A stretch of 40,829 nucleotides of DNA from Bigelowiella natans CCMP2755 (taxonomy: Eukaryota > Protista > Cercozoa), in contig ADNK01002101.1 of NCBI GenBank assembly GCA_000320545.1, positions 1 through 40,829 of the forward strand, given 5' to 3'. Position numbers and translations under genes: made by a program. Below the pieces are notes generated by a model. It did not search any database, was not told the DNA's origin, and worked only from the letters and a program-made list of their open reading frames with translations. Positions 1 to 10,570 of this stretch are shown here, in pieces (the stretch's first letter is position 1; each line of letters begins with the position of its first letter).

Positions 1-2
1 GT

Positions 3-2759
3 AAAACCGAAGTGTGCAAACCTAATAAATATATTTTCCAGGAGGAAGATCTGAGCGACGACTGTGTTGGTACATATTATGTCATCATCCACATACACAA
101 ACACAAACACCCACAACACAGACGCCATCCCATCATGTGTGTATGCCCTGTAGTTCTGACTACTGAACGCATCCCCTGATATGCTTAGGCCGTAAGGGAA
201 TACGACGAAGTGCCACTTCCTGTGCCTGCTGGAGAACGCGGTAATGGGGCGGGAGGTTTTGTGGATGGGTGTCTGCATGTATGATTCATTTTTATCTAGG
301 GAAGAGTAGTATTTGTATCCTATGACGTGTTCAATAACGTCATCTATCCTTGGTGTAGGTGTCTGGATCCTCTTTATTACTCGGTTGTGGCGGATGAAGT
401 TGTGCGCCAGGCGGAAGAAAGGGTAAGTAGGTTTCTTAGCTAGCACATGTCTCACGTTCCATGGTGAGTTGCTTGGCTCTATCTTCCCTTCCTTTGCCCA
501 TTCATTGATCTGCCACTCTATCTTTTCCCAGTCCGCTTCCGGTCGCCTATGTTCTGGGTCATTGATGATGCACTCTTCGTATCCCTTCTTTAGCTCGATC
601 TTTACTGGGGTAAGCTTGCTGGAGGGCTTCGTCGTCGGCTTGGTGATGTCAGAGTACTTCTCGTTTAATATTTTATTAATGTACTTTTTGCCTTTGTCGA
701 TATCCCAATCATCAGCTGGGGGGGTCTTGTCCAGTAGCTCCGTTATCTGTCGGATGGTCTTGCCGGGGTTCTTCTTCCGTAGCTCGGTAGGTGTAGGTAG
801 CTTGTTGTCCGCTAGGTCCATAAACTCTAACGCATTAACGCTTGACTCAGAGGTCCACTCGTCAAGCCGTATCATGTTCTGGCTGATGGTCCTGCCTGAC
901 TTCTTTGGCAACTTAGCAAAGTATATCTTGTGATTGTAGAATGATATGATCCCCCCTAATTTTTCTAGGGCATCCTGTCCGAGGAGTAGTTCCATGGATA
1001 AAGTCATGGCTACTCGGGTCTTGATTTGGGTCTCCGCGTCGCTGCCAGGTATCTGTAGCTTTAGCATTAGCTCACCGACGGTCTTCATGGAAGAGCTTCC
1101 GTCTGCTTGAGCATATTTACGTTCTTTCTTAGTCACTTGATCCAATAGTCCTAACCTTCTTACTGTGCTTAGGCTTATGAAGGACTTCGGCATGCTGCCA
1201 CTATCCCAAAGGGCAGGTAGTTTCTTGTAGTCTCCGTAGCTGTCTTTAACTTTAACCTTGGTCATAGCAACTTTGATAGTCCTGTTAGCGTCTTCGTCAT
1301 TAATGTTGCATACTCCTAAGTTCTTTATGTCGTCTAGGGTCATGGGCTTGTCTTGGTCCTGCGTTGCTGGTACTGCTGTCTTCGTCGGCGCCTGCTTAAG
1401 GTGATCTAATATTCCGTTTATCTGCTGCTGTATAGCATTGATACTGTTCTGCTTTTTGTTCTTATATTTATTGTTCTTCCCGTTGTTGCTGCCTTGCCAT
1501 TTGCTGTTGTTATATCCTTGTCCTCTGCCTTTCTTTCTCTTTAACTTCTCGTAGTGTTCGTTGAGCTGCCTGATCGTCATCCTGGGTCGTCCTTCTTTCC
1601 TGTCTCTGCAGTCTTTAGCGGTGTGTTTCCCTTTACGTGAGCAGTATCCGCAACGTCGGTTACCTTCCCTGTCCTTGTACCAGTCTCGCTGCGGCTTAAT
1701 AGCGTTAATGTTTCCTATGCCAGGTACCTTAGGGCTGGTAAACTTGCGGTCCTGCTCCTGCTCGCGTAGGGATATAGCCTGCACTGCTGCCTCCATCGTG
1801 GTGTAGCCTTTCTCCGTAACGTAAGTGGATTCCTTTATCTTTAACTTGAACTCTTCAAACCTTGCCTGATCATCACCTGTGTTGTAATTAAAATCATGTA
1901 GTTCGTCGATCATATCCTGGAAGCGCGTGGCAAAGTCTCTAACAGGTTCTCTCTCATGCTGCATCATTGCTCTGTATTTTCTAATAGCCTGGGGTAGGGA
2001 GTTAGCATCCTGTTCATTTACAAAAGCCTTCATTATCGCCTCAACGTCTCGTAGCCCACTAACTGTAGTGTGTATTTTCTCTAGCTGCCTGATCCGGGTC
2101 CTGCCTGTCTCGTAAAGGTCCATGGCTTGCTTTATTATAGCTAGCCATTTGAGCTTGTCGTTTTCGGTGGGGTTAGGGGTAAAGTCGCAGAGTATACTCC
2201 TAGCGTTCTTCCACCACCTCCTTGCCTCACCTCTTTTCCCGTTGTATTTCGTTATCATAACCGGTGCTGTTTTAACAGACATGAACTGGGTGTTCCGCTG
2301 TACCGGCTGCTGCTGCTTGACGGTGCTCTGGGTCGTCCCCCGCGAGGCGCCCAGACCCCCGTCGTTCCTAAACAAAGCTGCCCACTCTGGAGGTAAGTCT
2401 GCTTCGTAATCCATGATGTCCTGCATGATAGCTGCCCAAACATCATGTGTCTGATACTTGTATTCTATCGATACTTTCAGTTTGGCGTAGTTGCTCGCCC
2501 TGGGTCGCAAGGCTCGTAATGCCATTACGACCTTCTTGCTTTCGGCGGCCACGTCCTCGTCGTCCGCCTCGTAGAAGTTCTCCAGTGCCTCTGCTGCTGC
2601 ATCTGCTTTCTTAATCCCGGGTGCTGGTCCCGGCGGTGCCTGTGGAGGTGTTCCTCCTCCTTCCTTAGCGTCCGTATCGCCCTTCCTTTCCTGTTTCTGC
2701 TCGTGCCCTTGCACGGCCTGCGAGCCAAAGTCCTGCTGTTCTTCTAGCTGCTGTGACAT
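3..2759 (-). CDS. gag-pol polyprotein (gag, Zn knuckle, aspartic protease, reverse transcriptase), 3'-partial
   Basis: Hand translation from ATG 2759 (MSQQLEEQQDFG...) stays open to the window edge. Motifs: CGYCSRKGKHTAKDC (1608-1652); ALWDSGSMPKSFIS (DSG 1197-1205) and LLLGQDAL; RT motifs IEPSNSPW, YSSLDKNESYMQ, FPYGL, YVDDD (81-95). All in one frame. Confidence 0.93.
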   Translation of the reverse strand, partial: MSQQLEEQQDFGSQAVQGHEQKQERKGDTDAKEGGGTPPQAPPGPAPGIKKADAAAEALENFYEADDEDVAAESKKVVMALRALRPRASNYAKLKVSIEYKYQTHDVWAAIMQDIMDYEADLPPEWAALFRNDGGLGASRGTTQSTVKQQQPVQRNTQFMSVKTAPVMITKYNGKRGEARRWWKNARSILCDFTPNPTENDKLKWLAIIKQAMDLYETGRTRIRQLEKIHTTVSGLRDVEAIMKAFVNEQDANSLPQAIRKYRAMMQHEREPVRDFATRFQDMIDELHDFNYNTGDDQARFEEFKLKIKESTYVTEKGYTTMEAAVQAISLREQEQDRKFTSPKVPGIGNINAIKPQRDWYKDREGNRRCGYCSRKGKHTAKDCRDRKEGRPRMTIRQLNEHYEKLKRKKGRGQGYNNSKWQGSNNGKNNKYKNKKQNSINAIQQQINGILDHLKQAPTKTAVPATQDQDKPMTLDDIKNLGVCNINDEDANRTIKVAMTKVKVKDSYGDYKKLPALWDSGSMPKSFISLSTVRRLGLLDQVTKKERKYAQADGSSSMKTVGELMLKLQIPGSDAETQIKTRVAMTLSMELLLGQDALEKLGGIISFYNHKIYFAKLPKKSGRTISQNMIRLDEWTSESSVNALEFMDLADNKLPTPTELRKKNPGKTIRQITELLDKTPPADDWDIDKGKKYINKILNEKYSDITKPTTKPSSKLTPVKIELKKGYEECIINDPEHRRPEADWEKIEWQINEWAKEGKIEPSNSPWNVRHVLAKKPTYPFFRLAHNFIRHNRVIKRIQTPTPRIDDVIEHVIGYKYYSSLDKNESYMQTPIHKTSRPITAFSSRHRKWHFVVFPYGLSISGDAFSSQNYRAYTHDGMASVLWVFVFVYVDDDIICTNTVVAQIFLLENIFIRFAHFGF

Positions 2760-2770
2760 TGTTAGTCAAA

Positions 2771-2793
2771 TCGTTTCCCGTGTGTGGAAGCCA
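2771..2793 (-). promoter_or_regulatory. Primer-binding site (tRNA 3'-end complement)
   Basis: Minus strand reads TGGCTTCCACACACGGGAAACGA, 5 nt after the LTR end and just upstream of the gag ATG. Plus strand resembles a tRNA 3' end (TCGTTTCCCG...GGAAGCCA), Glu/Asp-like. Cognate tRNA not determined. Confidence 0.7.
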
Positions 2794-2798
2794 AAGGT

Positions 2799-3124
2799 TG
2801 TTGCGCGTAAGGTGTTCACAGGCCGAGGCGCTACGTGCACAAGTAGGCAGGGGGGGGGAAAGGCACGTTTGCTTCCTTTTGAAGAGTTGTGTTTATTTTT
2901 ATTAAAGATTATATTTTTATTAAATCGTGCACTGCGTAATCATTCGCGAAGCTTTCGCGAATGCCGCCGCACGTGGGGCAGCACACTTCCGGTGTGCTGC
3001 CATGAGTCCCGCCGGAACCCACGTGCCTATGCTGTATTAATATCTACGTTATCTATATTCTATATCCGCGACAACCCCTTTGTTGTCGCACGTGACTTGT
3101 GCCCGCGTAGTGGTACGCGCTACA
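2799..3124 (-). repeat. 5' LTR (326 bp)
   Basis: Ends TGTTGCGCGTA (2799) and TACGCGCTACA (3124) are 10/11 inverted repeats. AATAAA motifs on the minus strand near 2892-2903, AT-rich TATA-like tract near 3035-3065, PBS adjacent. The partner LTR is outside the window; candidate TSD is AGGAG (3125-3129). Confidence 0.8.
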
Positions 3125-3321
3125 AGGAGCGAAGAATGCATCCTCCTCCATCTTCATGCCTTCCAGTGAGGGCAATGTCTCCGCAAAAGCCGGGGATGTT
3201 GTGGTAGGTATGAAGCAGACCATGAAGGTGTGGTCCACGGGATTGTTCGCAGAATTTTGCTGCTAATGTCATTGCTTCTCAATGACCAAGTCATGCCATT
3301 TTGGCAAACCAGCTAGTTGAT

Positions 3322-4359
3322 TTGCTAGTCACAGTCCTCACTGAAACCAGTTCGAGGCACTGCATTTTGCACGCTGCAAGTGTCTTGCAACACTTTGGAA
3401 ATGCAGTTTTTCATCATTGTTTCATTGTTTCATTGTTCGCTTGGGGTTCGCATGTTGCACGCAGGTGTGGTGTTCTTGCTTGGTGATCTCCAAGCATGAG
3501 CAAACCATCACGGCAGGATTCAGGGATGCGTGGTCCTGAAGTTGGCAAATGTCAGGCACTGAAGACAATGAAACTAGGAACGGAGGAGTGGCTAGAATGC
3601 CATTCTTGATTCCTCATGGTTTCACGTGCTGGTTGGACCTCACTGAAGTTGGTTCGAGGCACTGCATTTCACACACTGCAAATGTCTTGTCACATTTTGG
3701 AAATGTAGTTCATCATCATTGTTCATTGTTCCAGACTCATTGAACGCTGTCTGGATGAGTGGCACGATCACTTGGGTGTTTTGTTGAAACTCAAGTTCAG
3801 TGCTGGGACTTGCGAAACTGAAGAGCTCAGGGCTGAAATCCACAATTTGCCCCCTCATCTTCGATCTGCCCTCTTTGCGATGCCGCTGTTGTTCAAAGTG
3901 TCAACCACCTCATCCATCTAGCCATCATTGCACTCACTGGCTCACTCTGAATGCTGTGAGAACTCAATTGTTCTCCAGCATCAGAGCAGCTCTCGGCCCT
4001 GCATCTCCTGCTTGCTCTTCATTTTTTGATGCCCCTGATTCTGTCAAAACCAGAGTCTTGCTCGGCGCCCCCTCGGCTGTCCCTGAAATTGACCCAGTGA
4101 TCTCCGTGCACGTGTGGACGTGGCCGTCAGGAAGTTCCTGCTCAGGATGGATGCTTTGTGTCGTCGTCACTTAGCTGTCAGTTGTGATGTGTTCAATGTC
4201 TAGTTCGTTTCAATTTGCATGAACCCCGCTGGCTTGCTAGTCAGTCCTCACTGAACTGGTGAAGCCAGTTCGAGCCACTGCATTTCGCACATTGCAAGTC
4301 TAGAAGTGTCATGTCACAGCTTGGAGATGCAGTTTTGCATCATTGTTCATTGTTCATTG
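3322..4359. repeat. Three diverged copies of a ~95-125 bp element (3322-3438, 3638-3731, 4234-4359)
   Basis: Shared core CCTCACTGAA...GTTCGAG(G/C)CACTGCATTT...CTGCAA/TTGCAA...TTGGA(A/G)ATG(C/T)AGTT...CATCATTGTT. Confidence 0.85.
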
Positions 4360-4785
4360 GTGCATGGCCACACCAAGTGCATCACGCTTGAAAACTTTCG
4401 AATCGAACGCAGTGCGCGCACCGCCGCACGCTACTGTGGCACGTGCTAGCGTGACAAGCGATACGTGCGCGTAGCGATCATGAAGTGCCAGGTGTGCTGT
4501 CTGCATGTGCACATTGCAAATGACAACAACTGCTGCATGCGTCGCTATGATGCTCACATGGACTTGCAAGTCCTCATGCGTGCAAGCTGTCTGTGACATG
4601 TGCATCGTGCACCCATGTGGACTTGCAAGTCCCTGCATGCTACATGCTTGTGAATGTGCAAACAGCTAGTGTCATGTAGTTATCAACTGCCATACATGAT
4701 GTCCCACGTATTCGCACATGTGATGTGCCAATTACAATGTTCAAGCAATGCGCGCACATGTCTGATGCTAATTGTGCCTGATGAG

Positions 4786-4823
4786 AAGGAACTTATTGGC
4801 TACTAAGGAACTTATTGGCTACT
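4786..4823. repeat. Perfect 19-bp tandem duplication AAGGAACTTATTGGCTACT x2
   Basis: Read directly from sequence. Confidence 0.9.
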
Positions 4824-6003
4824 ACGGCGCAATCAATGTTTCTGCTGTTGCAGGTTTGCACCTCTATTAAAAAATAAAACAAAATGAAACTCGTAATTAC
4901 CGTTCAAAAAGACACCAAATCTAGGAGTTGTTACGTATACGACACAACATGTAGTAGATGATCTTGTTTACACAATCAATAATATCAAAAATTGTATAAG
5001 TTATGTTAAAGAATATATGGATAATTTATATATGTATAATATATATATATATATATATATATATTATGTGTGTGTGTGTGTGTGTGTGTGCATATGATTA
5101 CAGCATTTACTGCATATGCATGAGAAATAGACTAGACATTATTGCCACGCAAACACATTTTTTTCTAATTTTAGATAATACACAGAGATGATTCTACAAC
5201 TGGAGAAATCATATTAGTTACTGGGTTAATATTACTGCAGCAACTACTCACCACAACCATTAATGCCCTTCCGAAGTATGCATATATGCATACATACATA
5301 GTATTTTATGTAGTAGGACAACTATGATGTAAATGGCTGCTGTTTTTGCATATGTTCAACGTGTCCTCCTACCTAGACGTTGGAGTCCAATAAGATGGTG
5401 GGAATATTACCACTACCATAATTTTTTATTTCTAAAAAGCTCTTCCTTGGTTGAGAGCTACGATGATTCAATGCCCTTATTTGGGCTAGTTATTTATACA
5501 CATCCCACCGGAAGAAGCTGCTTCTTTCAGATGGTCATGTCACAATTTCTATGTATGGTTTTATCAGTCAAATTCCAGGTAACTATCAGGTATGAGAGAC
5601 GCTGCTGTCGTCGTGCAAAGAGCTTATTGTATGGGGCAACAAGCCACAGATTCTAGTTTCTCCCGCCCCCAAAAGGCGAACGTATGTCATTCCTTCATGT
5701 ATGCTCGAGAGGTGTAGAGGTTGTGCTCTCTACTGCTATCATCATTGGAATCTTACTATGCGGTGCGAACGAGTTGTGTTCTTGTCATCATGTTTCTTTC
5801 TGTTCCGCTCTCGGAGGAATATTTATTGCCCTCTATCTCGTTAACATTGATAAGGATAGAGAAAGGAAAGAAGGGGCCTTCCTTCTCCTCCTCCTCCTCC
5901 TCCTTCCTTGTTCTTTCTTCTTAATCCTTAACGTAGTAGAGCAGCAGTAGTAGCAGTAGTAGTAGCAGCAGCGGCTTCTCCCAAAAATCCAATCAGGTTG
6001 TTA

Positions 6004-6333
6004 CTATGCTCCAGGCAGTACATTACTGTCCTTGCTATTGCTTTTACTTGACAACTGCTTCTTGCTTTGCTCGAGCTGCTTGTTCAACTTCACGTAGTCG
6101 TCCAAGTCGCGCTTATATCTGTGAGGAGGAGGAAGAGGAGGTGGAGGGGGGGACAAAGGGGAGAAGGATGTCAGGGGGCTTCAACGATGAGAAAAAGAAA
6201 GACATCACTAATAATCTATCATAATGATACGAAAAAGACCTCCCCCCCCCCCCTTTTTTTGCATGCTCATTATACTGTATGATTGTACAATTTATATTTC
6301 CCCTCCCTAGGAATAGGCTCATAATAGGTATGT

Positions 6334-6367
<34 letters not shown>

Positions 6368-6943
6368 TCTGCTGCTACCTCTCCTTGTCTTTCGCAGCCA
6401 GGTTGTTGAAGATTTGTCTCTCGTGCTCCGGCATCGCTTTCCACCGCTCTCCAATCACTCTTGCTATTTTCTGGCTTTGTACCTCCCTGAACGAGATCAA
6501 GAAGAAGAAGATTAGGAAGAAGAAGAAGGAGAAGGAGAAGGAGAAGGAGAAGTATAAAAGAAGATAATAACATGTAAGAAGTGTGCACTGTGCAACTACG
6601 ATGCGTCCTTCCAAGTAGTGCAATGTTACTACTAAGTACTACTACCACATTACTACATACTTGCTTCCTAAGCTCCCCCCCGATTCCAGTAGCAACTCCT
6701 TGAGAATACTTTCTCTGACTCCAATCTGATAGAATAAGCAAGCAGGTAAGGAAGGATGGAAGAACAAAGAAAGAGGAATAGTAGAAGCAGAAAACGACGG
6801 GAATCGGAACTCTCTCCTCATTTTTCAATAATGTGGATCTGAAGGAATTAGCGGCAGCAGCCGTCAAAATTGTGCGCTCTTTTATCATCGTATCGTATGT
6901 TGTGATGATGGTCGTAGCAAGTTCCTTTCAGGATTATGTAAAG

Positions 6944-6992
<49 letters not shown>

Positions 6993-7901
6993 TACACATC
7001 ATCACAAGCAGTACTCACTCACCTGGTAGTAGTTGTACGCTGTCTTGGGCTTCTTCGGAGCTTCGAAGGCCTGAAGGCCGAATTTCTGTTTGAGACTTCT
7101 GTTCCTACTCTTTTTCTTCCGAGAGACGATTTTCCCTTCCTCATCCATCAGCTGCTGCACTCTCCGGGCGGCCATCTGCGTTTGTTGACGGAACGATTCC
7201 TTATCGATCCCCAGCCTTGAGGACCTTTTCTTGCTCGCAGCCCTTGATGAGAGGGATGTGGCAAAGGAGGAGGAGTTGCTTCCAGCCCTCTCTCGGCGGG
7301 GGCGCGTCGAACGCTGGTTGGATGATGCTCTCGAGGAGCTTCGCCTTGAGTCAGAACCATGACCTCCCTGCAATAAATATGCATTTCATTACACACACAC
7401 ACAATGTGTGTATTTAACTTTCTCTAATATTGGTGCTACGAAGAAAAGAAACAGGTGTCTGTCATCATCATCGTTTCTTCTGCGTGACAATGACCTGTTG
7501 AGAGGGCGAGGATTGAGTTATGGAGGTTGCCGAGTAGGATCCCTCGGTCTCCATTGCAAGGGCTGACGCCCTTCTCTTTCGCTATATATTAATATCGAAT
7601 ACACAAGCCAATTAGAATGAGAATTAATAGCTATCAGAAGTTGAGTTGAGTAGAATCTATTTTTTCTTATGTGATCATTCATTGCAATGTTCCTGGGGGA
7701 CGGGCACTCAAGAGCAACCTTGGCATTTCTTTGCCGTATTCTCAAGGAGGTTTTGACCGCGGGGAGCGGTCTCATATTATTATGATTATTATGGGATAAG
7801 GAGCCGCCTCCTCTTTGCGAAGAAGAGGAGATTGAAGAAGACCTCGAAGATGATACTGAATGGATGATTAACAAAGGTCCAATGCGATTTTAGAGAAAAG
7901 G

Positions 7902-7988
<87 letters not shown>

Positions 7989-10312
7989 AAGGTGATGTAG
8001 GTAGTAGAGGACCTGGGCTCCTCTCGTTAGGACTCAATTTGGCACAAATCTCCGACATCTGTGCAAGAGTCTCCGCTGTGATGTCTCGTTCCTCAGGGGA
8101 GCTATTCCTCCTCATCCGACTTCCAACGACTTCATCGTTTTCGTCATCGTCTTCTTCATCTTCCTCATCATCGTGGTCGTGCCTGCCATCTTGCATCATC
8201 CTCCTCATCGTCCTAGGATGTCCCCTATCCTCTCTGTCGTCTCTCTCTCTAGCTAAATCTTCGTTGCTTCTTTGATCATCCTCGTTCTCTTCGTCTTCTC
8301 TCTCATAGTGGATGTTACCATTCAGGCGGCGGGCCTAACGATTTGTATGCAATCTCAAACGGAAATATTCTACGTCTTCCTACTTACTACTAAACATTGT
8401 CATACCCAAGTGAAGGCTGAGTTAGAAGATACCGGGACCCTGGCTTCTCTCTCCGCAGCCGAAGCTGCAGAGTTAGGATTGTGGATCTGAATTTCTACTT
8501 GCACGTCGTCAGAATCTGAGGAGGTTGTGTTTGTGCCCGAGCTGGTCTTGCTCTCCGTTTCAGTGCTTCTTGAGCGTAAAGATCTGATTGCGTGTGAAAC
8601 AGGCTGATCCAATTTCGAATGATGCAACATGGAGGAATCATGGCCGTTTTGTCGATGTGAGTTTAGCAACACTCTTGGTCCGGCGAAAACTGTATCCAGC
8701 GGCTTAACATCCGGAGTCATCTACAATTTTAATACGACGTGCACAATTGTTTACAAATCACAAGAAGAAGTACCCCACTAAACCACAACAAGATATTTAC
8801 TTTGGCACGTGCGAGCTCCTGATGAAGATTCCTGATTATTTCCTTCAGAGAGACTTTTGGTTTACTCTCCGTTTTTACTTGACTGAGAGGAAGTAGGTTA
8901 GTGAGTATTAGTTGCTACATATTTAGCAGAGTTTGTGATATTCGCTACCCTTTTCTTTCGCCAGAAGATCGGTTAAATTGAGGAGGTTCTTCTTGCTCAA
9001 GATTAGCCAAAAATTCCGTTATCGCGAAAATTGATTTCTCAAGAGCTACAATCCTCTGAGTATCGAAATAGAGTGAATACGTGACTTATTTTCTTAAATT
9101 GAATAAAATGGCATACCGCAGATAGTTTCCTCTTCTCCCGCTCCTGCGCATCCAGGCGGCCAAGTAGTAAAAGAGAGTGGGTTGCAGCGTTATTTCCTGT
9201 AAATCAAACTTGTTAGCGTGAGGCTAGCAACTGAGAATATTATCTTACTGAGGTGAAGATCCATTCTTTCCCTTGGAAGCCGCACGTAACAGCCCGATGA
9301 CCGAAATCGACAATTTATTACCTCGAAAGACTGAGGTTCATTGTGTTAATAAAATCGTCAGAAACTCTTACAGGATTCATGATAATCGCCTCCAAACGGG
9401 ACTCTTTAGGCTGTACCTTCGCACGAAAATTTTGTTCCGGGACCATTTGCGTGAAACACTGACGTATGTTTCCCATATCGCGTTGTTTCTTTAATGGCTG
9501 AGGCGTGAGACTCCTTGAAGGGAAAGGCTTCATCGAAGCTATGTCCGGGTCAGATCGGACTGCTTTCATTGAGGAGCCCGGGAGGGGATCAACGAAGTAG
9601 GCTAGTCTAATTCGTATCGGAATGTGCTTGATATGTGGTTGGCGCCTAAGAGAAGACCTAGACGCATCCTAGAAAAAGAGGGCAATTAACATCTTCTTTT
9701 TAGGTTTTAGAAAGTGATGAAGCTTCTCTTTGTTCAGCCCAAACTACGTTATGTCGCACTTTCGGTGGGAGCAATTACCGACGAAATCTCCAGAGAGACA
9801 ACAGAATTAGCCTTCAAGTAAACTTTATTTTGCTTATGTACAATGAACTACAGTGATACGTACGACTTGATTTGTTGGCTCCCATAGTTTTAAAACTCTC
9901 TTAGGTGTCTTTAATGCATGAGGAAAGCGTAAAATTTAGTACCTAAAGCGCCGCAAAGCGTACCAGAACGGTTTCTTGTGAGTCAGTCTGCCAATTAAAG
10001 AGACGTACCATACTATCAGAACGCTCAGCAAAGCAAGCTGTTTCAAGCACAAGTTGTATCAATACCTCTGAATCCTCTTTAGTGCAACTCTGAGGACAAA
10101 AATACACGTGAATTTCATTTGAAAATGGGCACAAAGGTTGAATTTTTCTCTTGTATTCAGGTACTCTCTCTACACGAGAGGGGAAAGATAAAGTCTGAAT
10201 TCCACTTCTCTTGAATTTTGGTGTCCAAAAGACCCGCTGCTCCAAGATGATTTTACCGAAAGCGAGCTCTCCCACCGGATACTATCCTGTAATCATCGGA
10301 TGTTCTCTTCAT
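6004..10312 (-). CDS. Multi-exon HMG-box protein (C-terminal HMG box, long low-complexity N-terminus); 5' end uncertain
   Basis: Splicing the last four exons at GT-AG gives APKKPKTAYNYYQ|IGVRESIL...SK|EVQSQKIARVIGERWKAMPEHERQIFNNLAAKDKER|YKRDLDDY, stop at 6004-6006. Phase-compatible exons were traced upstream to ~9197. Exons from 9250-10312 and the start ATG 10312 are tentative. Confidence 0.82.
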
Positions 10313-10570
10313 GCAGCGACATTCGAACTCTTTTGTAGGCTTCCGTTTCCGATCATTTTTTGTCTTGGTTTTTCGGGAGATGGTCCGGTTTATGTCTGGC
10401 GATTATACCAAAAATAGAAAAACGAGGCTGAAAATACCTAAAACTGACCCCCTGTAGTGTTGTAAAGGACTGTTTTGGGCGAAGAGCCCAGAAGGGCAGA
10501 CACAAGCCGGCTGGTATGAGTAGCTGCCTCTGACTACCACGGCCCTAACCCCCTGTTTTGCAGATTGCCG
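10313..10570. promoter_or_regulatory. Probable short bidirectional promoter/5'UTR region (HMG-box gene / FKBP15-like gene)
   Basis: Lies between two divergently oriented gene models; inferred from position only. Confidence 0.4.

Larger units (their letters stand above)
1..3124 (-). mobile_element. Ty3/Gypsy-type LTR retrotransposon, 5' portion (continues beyond left edge of window)
   Basis: 5' LTR with TG...CA ends and terminal inverted repeats, PBS, then one ORF with gag CCHC knuckle, aspartic protease and RT. RT follows protease directly (Gypsy order; Copia would place integrase between them). Confidence 0.93.

Noticed and set aside
469-3238. ORF-track entries over the retroelement (e.g. 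469-933, 2122-2409, 2782-3207)
   Set aside because: Antisense or off-frame shadows of the gag-pol ORF and LTR; no recognisable motifs.
3322-4359. CRISPR-like array interpretation of the three repeats
   Set aside because: Repeats are too long and diverged, spacers are 200-500 bp, the context is eukaryotic and there are no cas genes.
3301-4638. Cluster of Cys/His-rich 60-125 aa ORFs (likewise 33603-34220, 205 aa)
   Set aside because: Expected by-product of TpA loss, which removes TAA/TAG stops and creates TGY/CAY codons; no protein motifs.
3125-4680. Explaining the TG/CA excess as CpG methylation decay
   Set aside because: CpG is still frequent (e.g. 4400-4480, 33390-33430) while TpA is the missing dinucleotide.
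5333-5950. Short plus-strand ORFs with hydrophobic stretches
   Set aside because: Low-complexity sequence downstream of the HMG-box stop, most likely its 3'UTR; no homology cues.
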